Assembly: GCA_027053075.1 (NCBI GenBank)
Contig: JALUEE010000041.1
Location: 1 to 15,823, forward strand
DNA length: 15,823 nt
Source of the DNA: a candidate division WOR-3 bacterium
GTDB lineage: Bacteria; Hydrothermota; Hydrothermia; B15-G9; WFZT01
Direction of reading: 5' to 3'
Shown: positions 8,066 to 15,823 of the stretch, one piece after another
Numbering within the stretch: the stretch's first letter is position 1
Layout of the letters: each line of letters starts with the position of its first letter
Program-made: the position numbers and the translations under genes
Notes under the pieces: generated by a model
Seen by the model: the letters and a program-made list of their open reading frames with translations, nothing else
The model's database searches: none
Told to the model about the DNA's origin: nothing

Positions 8066-8245
8066 CGTTTTTTATCAGTTTTTGAGGCATGAGCTTTGTT
8101 TGTGGGGAGGGAAATGCTGTCGCGACTGTGGAAATTTTAAAGTATACCCAGGGGCTATCCTGAAATCTTTATAAAAAGAGGGTTTTTCAGCCAGAGTCCT
8201 ATGTGTTTATCAAGGTGAGGAATTAAAGCTGTGGAAGGTTAGAGT

Positions 8246-8279
8246 AAAAAGGGGCGGCGGCCCAAAGGGCCGCCGCCCC
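8246..8279 (-). terminator. Rho-independent terminator of sucD (repeated GC palindrome)
   Basis: Perfect 13-bp stem GGGGCGGCGGCCC (8251-8263)/GGGCCGCCGCCCC (8267-8279) followed by TTTTT on the minus strand. Confidence 0.8.
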
Positions 8280-8308
8280 CTAAAAATTACTTTCGCGCTC
8301 CCAAATAC

Positions 8309-9181
8309 TTACTTTCCTAATTTTTCCTTCATCAAAGTCGCAACCTCTGCAGGCTCGGCCGCAACTGGCACGCCAACCGCATTGAACGCCTTAATCTTTT
8401 CCTCTGCAGTTCCAGAGCTACCGGATATGATGGCTCCCGCATGCCCCATCCTCTTCTCAGGTGGAGCTGTACGTCCAGCAATAAATGCTACTACTGGCTT
8501 GTTGAATTCCTCTTTAATGTACTCTGCGGCATCCTGCTCATCAGTTCCGCCGATTTCACCTATTAGCACAACTCCCTCGGTCTCAGGATCGTCTTTAAAC
8601 AGTTTCAAAAGATCAATGAATTTAGAACCGATGATAGGGTCACCACCTATTCCAATGGCTGTGGACTGACCAAGGTCGTTCGCAGTTAGATGGCTCACTA
8701 TTTCATACGTTAGGGTTCCACTTCTAGAGATCACTCCAATAGGACCCCTCTTGAAAATCTGCCCGGGCAGAATTCCGAGTTTTGCCTCACCCGGTGTTAT
8801 CAGACCGGGACAGTTGGGGCCAATCAATCTTGTTCCCTTTTCCTCAAGGAATCTCACGACTCTCAGCATGTCGTTTACAGGTATTCCTTCTGTAATTGCA
8901 ACGACCAGCTCTATTCCCGCGTCGGCTGCTTCCATTATGGCATCTGCTGCAAATGGCGCAGGTACGAAAATAACAGAAGCGTTGGCACCGGTTTTATCAA
9001 CTGCTTCGTGGACTGTATTGAAAACGGGGACGCCTTCAACTGTCATTCCGCCCTTACCGGGAGTTACTCCCCCAACAACGTTTGTCCCATACTCTTTCAT
9101 TAATCTGGTATGGAAAGAACCGTCTCTACCGGTAATACCCTGCACTAATACCTTTGTGTCTTTTCCTACAAGTATTGACAT
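8309..9181 (-). CDS. sucD: Succinate--CoA ligase subunit alpha
   Basis: 290 aa; canonical [50 protein letters not shown] upstream. Confidence 0.95.
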   Translation of the reverse strand: MSILVGKDTKVLVQGITGRDGSFHTRLMKEYGTNVVGGVTPGKGGMTVEGVPVFNTVHEAVDKTGANASVIFVPAPFAADAIMEAADAGIELVVAITEGIPVNDMLRVVRFLEEKGTRLIGPNCPGLITPGEAKLGILPGQIFKRGPIGVISRSGTLTYEIVSHLTANDLGQSTAIGIGGDPIIGSKFIDLLKLFKDDPETEGVVLIGEIGGTDEQDAAEYIKEEFNKPVVAFIAGRTAPPEKRMGHAGAIISGSSGTAEEKIKAFNAVGVPVAAEPAEVATLMKEKLGK

Positions 9182-9208
9182 TTACTTCCTCCCAATGGAA
9201 TTTTGGAA

Positions 9209-9238
9209 ATTGTAATTCTCATCCATTCCAAGTGTCAA
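9209..9238 (-). promoter_or_regulatory. Sigma70-like promoter of sucD
   Basis: TTGACA 9238-9233, 18 bp, TACAAT 9214-9209 on the minus strand. Confidence 0.65.
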
Positions 9239-9382
9239 GAAAATGTGGTATTTTGCCGGAGCCTAACAGGAACAAGTCAGAGGGTAAATTTCGACCCAAA
9301 AACCAACGCTACAAAGTAATTCTCAGGCAGTGTCATTGGTTTCTGGAAAAATTCATGAGGCCTGATTTATACTACTAAAACG

Positions 9383-11752
9383 ATGGAAATAGAGAAAATT
9401 TTTGGCGATAGATATTCAAAATCACCGGTGGAACTCATAGTTTATGAACGAGATGCGGGAATAGATGCTGGAAAGCCCGATGCCGTAGTGTACCCCATAA
9501 ATGAAGATGAAATAAGAAAGCTCGTTGAGATTGCACAAAAAGAGGGATTAAAACTCGTCGCTCGTACCTCAGGGACGAGTCTGTCCGGAGGCCCGGTTCC
9601 ATACCAGGGAGGTATTGTAGTCAAATTCAGCAAAATGAACCACATCATCAGAACAGACTTCTTTGAGAAAAAGGCTGAGGTAGAGCCCGGTGTCATAAAT
9701 CTGGAATTCAACGAGTTTTTAAACGATAAAGGATACTTCTTCCCACCTGACCCGGCGAGTCAGAAAGCGTCTGCCCTTGGTGGCAATGTTGCCGAGAATG
9801 CAGGGGGTCCCCTTTGCTTCAAATACGGTGTGACAAGTCACTATGTTTATGGCATAACAGCAGTTTTCCCGGATGGTAAGATTTACAAACTTGGAGGCGA
9901 CACCCCTGAGGCTCCGGGCTACGACCTTGTCGGGTTTTTAACAGGCTCCGAGGGCACTCTTGCAATATTCACTAAATTCATCCTGAAGTTTAATAAACAG
10001 TTTCCTGCAAGGGGTACGTTGCTTGCCATTTTTGACGACCTCGGTGATGCGGCAAGAGGGGTTTCCATGATAATTGCCCGTGGACTCAAGCCTGCAACTC
10101 TCGAGCTCATGGATAAAAATATGATAAGGATTGTCGAAGATTACGTGAAAATTGGCCTTCCTACTGACGCAGATGCCATCCTGATCATTGATGTTGAAGG
10201 GTACGAGCCAAGCATAGAGCCCCAGGCAAAGAGATTGATGGAGACTCTTAAAGAGGCGGGCGCAAGGGAACTCAAATTTGCGGTAGACCCGGATGAAAGG
10301 GCATCCATCTGGCTTGCAAGGAAGAGCGCCGCTGGTGCGATTTCAAGGCTTAAACCTTTCCACTACATTGTGGATGTAGTGGTCCCAAGGAGCAAATTGC
10401 CGGTTCTTATCAAAAAGGCCCGTGAAATTGTGGAATCCTATGGTTTGACTGCTGGCACCCTTGCCCATGCAGGAGACGGTAACCTGCATCCAGAGATAAT
10501 GCTTGATCTTGATGAAGAGCAGATAAAAAACGCCATCAGTGCCGCAAAAGAAATAGCACAGCTCTGTATCAACGAAGATGGAACTATCACCGGCGAGCAT
10601 GGAGTTGGCCTTGAGAAAAAAGAGTACATGAACATCATGTTCACCAACGAAGAGATGGAGACCATGCTGACCCTCAAAAAGGCGCTCGACCCTCAAAACA
10701 TGATGAATCCCGGAAAAATATTCCCTGAAAAATTTGAAGGCAGGAAGAGAAACTTCCCGGATTACGTTATGGAGATTTCCTCCAGGGTCAGGTCGGCCGA
10801 AAAAATTCAGCCTATGGGAAATTCTACCCGGGCCAAACCATTGATTTCTAATACCCTTAGCGTGGGGGAATATAGCGGCGTGGTTGAATTTCTGCCAGAA
10901 GACCTCATGCTTGTTGTGAAGGCAGGAACTCCTGTGGATGAAATTCGAAAATTTGCCGAAGAGAATGGATTGTATTTTCCCCATTCAGCTCTTTCACCCA
11001 ATTCGACCATCGGGGGGAGTATAGCATTCAACTTGAATAGTCCGGAATCCATGAAATATGGAGTTCTTAAAAATCGGGTGCTTGGCGCCACAGTCATCAA
11101 GCCGGATGGAACACCACTCAGGTTTGGAGCAAAGGTGATCAAGAACGTAGCAGGCTATGACGTAACAAAGCTATTTTTCGGATCTCTTGGGACACTTGGT
11201 GTGATTGCTGATGTTATTCTAAAGCTTGAACCAAGGCCGCAGGTAAGGCGACATTTTGAAGTGAAGACCACAAATATTGACAGATTGCGTGAGATTCTGG
11301 ATGCCATTCATCAGAACTCACTTCTTCTTTCCAGTCTAATCATCTCTAAAAATGGAGATTACAGACTGAATCTAACCCTCGAAGGGCATGAGGAAGATTT
11401 TAAAGAGGAGATTAAAATTTTACCACAAGAACTGGAAGAGACCACTGCTGACCCACTTGAAATCTGGAAGAATTCGCTTCCCAAAAGATACAAGATAGGC
11501 CTGTCTCTTAAGGCTATTTACACTAATCTGGACATTTTACTCGATGGCGGCATTATAGACTGGGGAACTCAGGCCGTTTACACAGACCATCTTTATGAAA
11601 GATATGCCCAGCTTGTCGAATTTGGTGATGGTTATGCAATGGATATGGAGAATTTAAAACTGCTCGCGCCTGAGTTGAAAAGCCTTGAGCTTATGAGGAA
11701 AATCAAGGCCGCTCTGGACCCTGAAGGAAAATTCCCCGAACTTCCGTTATGA
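9383..11752 (+). CDS. FAD-linked 2-hydroxyacid oxidoreductase, GlcD-GlcE-like fusion
   Basis: First ~450 aa GlcD-like (GTSLSGG, PDPAS, GGNVAENAGG, GSEGTL, HAGDGNLHP, GEHGVG, NPGKIF); second half GlcE-like (PEDLMLVVKAGT, TIGG, KVIKNVAGYDVTKLFFGSLGTLG, LDPEG). Confidence 0.88.
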   Translation: MEIEKIFGDRYSKSPVELIVYERDAGIDAGKPDAVVYPINEDEIRKLVEIAQKEGLKLVARTSGTSLSGGPVPYQGGIVVKFSKMNHIIRTDFFEKKAEVEPGVINLEFNEFLNDKGYFFPPDPASQKASALGGNVAENAGGPLCFKYGVTSHYVYGITAVFPDGKIYKLGGDTPEAPGYDLVGFLTGSEGTLAIFTKFILKFNKQFPARGTLLAIFDDLGDAARGVSMIIARGLKPATLELMDKNMIRIVEDYVKIGLPTDADAILIIDVEGYEPSIEPQAKRLMETLKEAGARELKFAVDPDERASIWLARKSAAGAISRLKPFHYIVDVVVPRSKLPVLIKKAREIVESYGLTAGTLAHAGDGNLHPEIMLDLDEEQIKNAISAAKEIAQLCINEDGTITGEHGVGLEKKEYMNIMFTNEEMETMLTLKKALDPQNMMNPGKIFPEKFEGRKRNFPDYVMEISSRVRSAEKIQPMGNSTRAKPLISNTLSVGEYSGVVEFLPEDLMLVVKAGTPVDEIRKFAEENGLYFPHSALSPNSTIGGSIAFNLNSPESMKYGVLKNRVLGATVIKPDGTPLRFGAKVIKNVAGYDVTKLFFGSLGTLGVIADVILKLEPRPQVRRHFEVKTTNIDRLREILDAIHQNSLLLSSLIISKNGDYRLNLTLEGHEEDFKEEIKILPQELEETTADPLEIWKNSLPKRYKIGLSLKAIYTNLDILLDGGIIDWGTQAVYTDHLYERYAQLVEFGDGYAMDMENLKLLAPELKSLELMRKIKAALDPEGKFPELPL

Positions 11753-12657
11753 AAATTCCCGTCATTTTTGGTCCAACTGCCTCCGGTAAAACCAGGCTGG
11801 CAAGGGTCCTTCTTGAAGAAGTTCCGGATATCCAGTTTATAGTCGCCGATTCGAGGAAGATATACAGATATATGGACATCGGGACGAATAAACCACCGGC
11901 CGAAATCAGAGATAAATTTTCTCTTGTGGACATCAGAAACCCTGATGAATACTTCAGCGCTGCAGATTTTGCAAAAGAGGCTGAAGTAGAAATCAAGAGA
12001 ATTCTCAATGCTGGTGGAAAACCTGTAATCATCGGTGGTACTGTCTTATACCTCAAGGCCCTCTTTGAAGGTCTTTTTGAGGCCCCGCCTATAAGTCAGG
12101 AGATCAGGCGTCAGCTGAGAGAAAGACTGAGGAATGAGGGGATCAAGCACCTTTATGAGGAGCTACGCAGGATTGACCCGGAAAGCGCGAAGAGGATACA
12201 CCCTAACGACTGGTTTCGCATCCTGAGGGCCCTTGAAGTCTACTATGAAACAGGGCAAACAATGTCCAGTATGCAGAAAAGGACTGAACCTCCTGCCCAT
12301 GAGTTTGAGCCTATGTATTTTGGACTTTACCACAGTCGAGAGAATCTATACCGGAGGATAAATGAGAGGTTTGACAGGATGATGGAAGCTGGATTTCTTG
12401 ACGAGGTAAAAAGATTGCTCGCCATGGGATATTCTCCCGATCTTCCAGCACTCAATACCATAGGTTACAAAGAGTTAATCCAGTATCTTCTGGGAGAAAT
12501 TTCTTTTGAAAGGGCGATTCTTGTGGCAAAAAGGCGAACGAGAATACTTGCGAGAAGGCAGATTTATTTCTCAAGGAGCCTCAAAGTGCACGTAAAATGG
12601 GTGTCGGTTGAAGAGGGGGATGAAAGGATCAAAAGCCTGGTTTTAAGCCATATATGA
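11749..12657 (+). CDS. miaA: tRNA (adenosine(37)-N6)-dimethylallyltransferase
   Basis: GPTASGKT, DSRKIYRYMDIGTNKP, GGTVLY, IHPND..RILRALEV, IGYKE; ATGA overlap with the upstream gene. Confidence 0.96.
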   Translation: MKIPVIFGPTASGKTRLARVLLEEVPDIQFIVADSRKIYRYMDIGTNKPPAEIRDKFSLVDIRNPDEYFSAADFAKEAEVEIKRILNAGGKPVIIGGTVLYLKALFEGLFEAPPISQEIRRQLRERLRNEGIKHLYEELRRIDPESAKRIHPNDWFRILRALEVYYETGQTMSSMQKRTEPPAHEFEPMYFGLYHSRENLYRRINERFDRMMEAGFLDEVKRLLAMGYSPDLPALNTIGYKELIQYLLGEISFERAILVAKRRTRILARRQIYFSRSLKVHVKWVSVEEGDERIKSLVLSHI

Positions 12658-12741
12658 ACAAAAACCGAGAGTATGTTCGAGGATTTTGCCATATGGTGAG
12701 CGAAGAAATGGATAAGTTCGGAATATTGCTGAATACCCATT

Positions 12742-12804
12742 CCACCCCAGCCCTCCCTTCCCAAAGGGAAGGGAGGGAGTTATCTTTCCGCTTAACTCAG
12801 AAAA
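12742..12804 (-). repeat. BoxC-like element, copy D (single unit)
   Basis: CCACCCCAG plus perfect 12-bp hairpin CCCTCCCTTCCC-AAA-GGGAAGGGAGGG (12751-12777); CTTTCCGCTT at 12784-12793 is the reverse complement of AAGCGGAAAG in copy A. Confidence 0.75.
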
Positions 12805-12996
12805 GCAAGGTTGGAACTTTAGACAGAAAGTTAAGGACTTTCCCGGGGAAGAAGGGCTTATGGGAGAATGGGGGAAGAATGAAATTGGAATGCTTGAGCT
12901 CTATTATCCTCCATACCTCATGCGTATGGGAAATTATTTTCGGGCAATATATTGGATTGGGTATGAGTTTGAAAAATTGTGTACTTAACTATAAAC

Positions 12997-13884
12997 ATGG
13001 ATAGCCTGATTGATGATTATATAACATTTCTTCTGCTTGAGCGTGGCTTAAGCCAGAAGACCGTGGAAGCATACCGGGAAGACCTCAAGAAATTTTCCCG
13101 TTTTGTTAAGGAAAATCGTTTAAAGATTGAAGAGATTGATATCAAAGACCTGAACAAGTTCTTAGAGGAGCTTGAGAAGGCAGGATACAGCCCGTCAACA
13201 AGATCACGGATTGTTTCAGGGATTAGAGGATTTTTTATCTTTTTGAATACCGAGAAGGGGTTACCTGCCAATCCCGCAGAGCTTCTTGAGATACCGAAGA
13301 AGGCGAGAAGACTCCCGGAGGTGCTGAGTGAGGAGGAGGTGGAAAAACTTCTCATGGCACCAGATGTGGGAACCCCAAAGGGTCTGCGTGATAGAGCAAT
13401 TCTTGAGATGCTCTATGCAACGGGTATGCGAGTGTCTGAACTCTCGGGACTGAAGATGGGAAATCTCGACCTTGATGAGAGATTTGTGAAGGTTAGTGGA
13501 AAGGGCTCAAAGGAGAGGTTTATCCCTTTCGGAGAGGTCGCACGTGATTGGCTTATAAAGTATCTGGTAGAAGTGAGACCCAGACTCGATAAAAAGAAAA
13601 CGGATTTTGTGTTTCTGAATCTTCGAGATGGTGGTCCTATCTCACGGGTGAGTATCTGGAGGCTCATCAAGTTTTATGGTCTCAATGCGGGAATTCCTCG
13701 TGAAAGGCTTTATCCGCACATACTGAGGCACTCTTTTGCCACTCACCTATTGAGGAACGGCTGTGACCTCAGGACGCTGCAACTCATGCTTGGACATGCA
13801 TCTATAGCCACAACGCAGGTTTACACCCATCTCGATATAAGATATCTTAAAGAGGCCCATCGCAGGTACCATCCAAGAGCGTAG
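12997..13884 (+). CDS. xerD: Site-specific tyrosine recombinase XerD
   Basis: ERGLS..TVEAY..DL, LPEVLS, RDRAILEMLYATGMRVSE, GKGSKER, PHILRHSFATHLL, LGHASIATTQVYTH, YHPRA; ATG 12997 preferred over GTG 12979. Confidence 0.93.
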   Translation: MDSLIDDYITFLLLERGLSQKTVEAYREDLKKFSRFVKENRLKIEEIDIKDLNKFLEELEKAGYSPSTRSRIVSGIRGFFIFLNTEKGLPANPAELLEIPKKARRLPEVLSEEEVEKLLMAPDVGTPKGLRDRAILEMLYATGMRVSELSGLKMGNLDLDERFVKVSGKGSKERFIPFGEVARDWLIKYLVEVRPRLDKKKTDFVFLNLRDGGPISRVSIWRLIKFYGLNAGIPRERLYPHILRHSFATHLLRNGCDLRTLQLMLGHASIATTQVYTHLDIRYLKEAHRRYHPRA

Positions 13885-14013
13885 GGTGGGGGTGATGTTG
13901 GAAATATGTGGACTTTAGCTTGTTGAAAGGATTTTTTTCAAATCATTTAGGGATAAACTTCACCGTGCACCTTGGAAAGTGGTTAGAAATTTGAGAGGTG
14001 TGATAATGGAATT

Positions 14014-14048
14014 TGTGGGGCGGCGGCCCGAAGGGCCGCCGCCCCACA
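14014..14048. repeat. GC-rich palindrome, near-identical to 8251-8279; probable terminator or 3' stabilising hairpin between convergent genes
   Basis: Perfect 16-bp stem TGTGGGGCGGCGGCCC-GAA-GGGCCGCCGCCCCACA, 16 nt after the stop of the binding-protein gene; no clear U-tract. Confidence 0.75.
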
Positions 14049-14064
14049 CACTTTCTAATAAGCC

Positions 14065-15171
14065 TTACTCTGGCTGCACCGTTTCCACATACACAAACTT
14101 TCCGTTTTCCACCTTCAGAATCACCGCGGGTTTTATTCCGTCTCCATGCTCAATGGTGATAACTCCAGTCACACCCTCGAAGTTTTTCGTATTCTCAATC
14201 TCATCCCTGACCTTCTCACGGTCAAAGGTTCCTGCCCTTTCGATGGCGTCAAGCAGGATGTTGTAAGCATCATAGGATAGAGCGGAAACGGAATCTGGTG
14301 ATTTTTTGTATTTCTTGTGGAATTCTTTCACAAATTTCTTACCAACCTCGGTCGTTACTCCGTTCTCATCAAAATGTGTGGTAAAATAGAGGCCGTTCAC
14401 GGCTTTTCCACCGATTTTAATCAACTCCTCAGCCTGCGCAGCATCACCACTCATGAACGTTTGCTTAAGACCAAGGTCCCTCGCCTGTCTCATAATTAGA
14501 GCATCTTCAGTGAAGTAACCAGGGACATAGATGAGGTCTGGATTAACAGCTTTTATCGAGGAAAGCTGTGCGGTAAAGTCCTGGTCACCGGTCTGATAGT
14601 AAGTTGTGGAAACAATTTTTCCTCCCATTTTTGTGAAATTTTGTATGAAAAAGTTGGCAATCCCAACGCAGTAGTCCTGAGCGATATCGATCATCACAGC
14701 GGCGGTTTTGGCATGGAGCTTATCTATTGCAAACTTTGCTGCGACCTTACCCTGGAAGGGATCAATGAAGCAAGCCCTGAAGATATACCTCCTGTTTTGA
14801 GTCACAATGGGGTTGGTAGCCCATGGGCTGATGAGAGGAACATGGGCGTTTTCTGCGATTGGCGCGGCAGACAGGGTGTTTGAACTTGAAATGGGCCCGA
14901 TGATGGCGAAAACACCGTCCTTTTTAATAAGCCTCTGAGTTGCATTCGCAGCCTCAATTTTGTCAGATTTGTTATCCACAAGAACGAGCTCAACCTTTTT
15001 ACCGAGAACTTTTGGCCTTTCCTGATTTGCAAGTTTGAGACCAAGCCATCCCATCTGACCGTACGGAGCATTAGGACCTGTTATGGGGAGATTTACACCG
15101 ATTTTTACGACCTGTGCTGAGGAGACCCCCAGCGTCAGGGCGAGGGCCAGTACATATTTTGAGAGCTTCAT
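14065..15171 (-). CDS. ABC transporter substrate-binding protein, branched-chain amino acid (LivJ/LivK) family
   Basis: Signal peptide MKLSKYVLALALTLGVSSA; KIGVNLPITG, FRACFIDPFQG, DFTAQL, YDA, FEGVTG; SD AGGAGG 15185-15180. Confidence 0.92.
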   Translation of the reverse strand: MKLSKYVLALALTLGVSSAQVVKIGVNLPITGPNAPYGQMGWLGLKLANQERPKVLGKKVELVLVDNKSDKIEAANATQRLIKKDGVFAIIGPISSSNTLSAAPIAENAHVPLISPWATNPIVTQNRRYIFRACFIDPFQGKVAAKFAIDKLHAKTAAVMIDIAQDYCVGIANFFIQNFTKMGGKIVSTTYYQTGDQDFTAQLSSIKAVNPDLIYVPGYFTEDALIMRQARDLGLKQTFMSGDAAQAEELIKIGGKAVNGLYFTTHFDENGVTTEVGKKFVKEFHKKYKKSPDSVSALSYDAYNILLDAIERAGTFDREKVRDEIENTKNFEGVTGVITIEHGDGIKPAVILKVENGKFVYVETVQPE

Positions 15172-15199
15172 GCTACAAACCTCCTGTTTAATATGACCT

Positions 15200-15228
15200 A
15201 TTATACATAAAAATGGCTATTTTGAAAA
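15200..15228 (-). promoter_or_regulatory. Putative promoter of the binding-protein gene
   Basis: Perfect TATAAT 15205-15200 on the minus strand; weak -35 (TTTTCA/TTTCAA) 16-17 bp upstream. Confidence 0.5.
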
Positions 15229-15248
15229 GTTTTTCCACGGATTCTCAG

Positions 15249-15277
15249 TTGACAAAGGAATGCGCTTATTTTAAGAT
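15249..15277 (+). promoter_or_regulatory. Sigma70 promoter of the marR-family gene
   Basis: TTGACA 15249-15254, 17 bp, TAAGAT 15272-15277. Confidence 0.7.
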
Positions 15278-15287
15278 TAGGGCACTT

Positions 15288-15728
15288 ATGAATACAAACA
15301 GCGATGCCGAAAAAATAGAGCAACTCCTGAGGGTACTGGCTTACACCATCAAGAGGAAAGGGAGGAGTGCTCTCAAAGACTTTGGTATTACAACGCCACA
15401 GTTTGATCTCATGGTAAAAATTTATTTCAATGGCGACATGACCCAGGGAAAACTCACACAGGAACTCCATCTGGCGAAAAGTACGGTCTCCGGCCTGCTC
15501 GATAGACTCGAGAGTAAAAACTTTATCAAGCGCGAGAAGGATATCAATGACAAGAGGAACGTCATTATTTCGCTCACGAACAAAGGAAATGCGGTGATTG
15601 AGAGAGTGATAGAGGAGCGTGTTAAATTTTTGAGGAAGTTGATCAAGGACTTTGATGAGAGGGAGGTCCACACCCTTATCAATTCCCTGGAAAAATTGGT
15701 CTCTGCATCAGAGAATTTAAGTAAATAA
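15288..15728 (+). CDS. MarR-family transcriptional regulator
   Basis: ITTPQF, wHTH LAKSTVSGLLDRLE, DKRNVIISLT.KG; ATG 15288 (146 aa) preferred because a consensus promoter lies inside the longer ORF starting at 15213. Confidence 0.93.
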   Translation: MNTNSDAEKIEQLLRVLAYTIKRKGRSALKDFGITTPQFDLMVKIYFNGDMTQGKLTQELHLAKSTVSGLLDRLESKNFIKREKDINDKRNVIISLTNKGNAVIERVIEERVKFLRKLIKDFDEREVHTLINSLEKLVSASENLSK

Positions 15729-15766
15729 AATCCTTCCTTTCCTGAAAAACTCAAGGAAAAATTGGG

Positions 15767-15817
15767 TTGACACTCTTTTGAGGCGTGATTAATAATAAAG
15801 CACTAAAAATTAGGAGG
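15767..15817 (+). promoter_or_regulatory. Promoter and Shine-Dalgarno for a gene beginning just beyond the window
   Basis: TTGACA 15767-15772, TAATAAT 15790-15796, AGGAGG 15812-15817. Confidence 0.65.
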
Positions 15818-15823
15818 ACATAG

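Noticed and set aside
7564..8250. Possible CRISPR array (GAAAG-ending motifs, hairpins)
   Set aside because: No regularly spaced identical direct repeats with unique spacers; no cas genes
9240..9382. Glycine-riboswitch-like AAGTAATTCTCAGG upstream of the GlcD-like gene
   Set aside because: Lacks the GGAGA and CCGAAG core motifs and supporting stems; an Rfam scan would settle it
10343..10984. Antisense and alternate-frame ORFs (this 213-aa one, 8751-9215, 15201-15671, 2624-3016 and others)
   Set aside because: Overlap well-supported genes and show no recognisable motifs; shadow ORFs
12654..13004. 116-aa plus-strand ORF overlapping the miaA stop
   Set aside because: No recognisable domain; the TPALPSQREGRE segment is just the translated repeat hairpin; overlaps the xerD start
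12997..13884. Tyrosine recombinase as a prophage or island integrase, or as mobiliser of the repeats
   Set aside because: Sequence is typical housekeeping XerD among core genes; no att sites, tRNA or phage genes
13979..14266. 95-aa plus-strand ORF after xerD
   Set aside because: Crosses the GC palindrome and is antisense to the binding-protein gene; no homology cues
15200..15227. dif-like site (TTATGTATAAT resembles a XerD arm) near xerD
   Set aside because: No credible XerC arm at 6-bp spacing; better explained as the -10 element of the binding-protein gene
15213..15287. N-terminal extension of the MarR ORF
   Set aside because: Contains a consensus promoter; ATG 15288 gives a typical MarR length

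Overview
Bacterial chromosomal window from a probably anaerobic diderm; taxonomy cannot be fixed from this sequence. It carries 11 credible CDSs: a single-chain pyruvate:ferredoxin oxidoreductase (-); a small Omp85/TamA-like outer-membrane protein (+); a coupled trio of divergent SucC-like beta subunit, SucD-like alpha subunit and 2[4Fe-4S] ferredoxin (+), whose motifs look closer to citryl-CoA synthetase/ATP-citrate lyase than to true SCS; a stand-alone canonical sucD (-); a GlcD-GlcE-like fused FAD oxidoreductase, miaA and xerD (+); an orphan LivJ/K-type binding protein (-); and a MarR regulator (+). The intergenic DNA is highly structured. There are four copies of a BoxC-like purine/pyrimidine hairpin element sharing a conserved spacer, one at the centre of a ~315-bp imperfect inverted repeat. 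A second near-identical GC palindrome recurs after minus-strand genes. There is also a symmetric bidirectional promoter candidate and several apparently leaderless or short-leader starts. No rRNA, tRNA, CRISPR array or transposase was seen.
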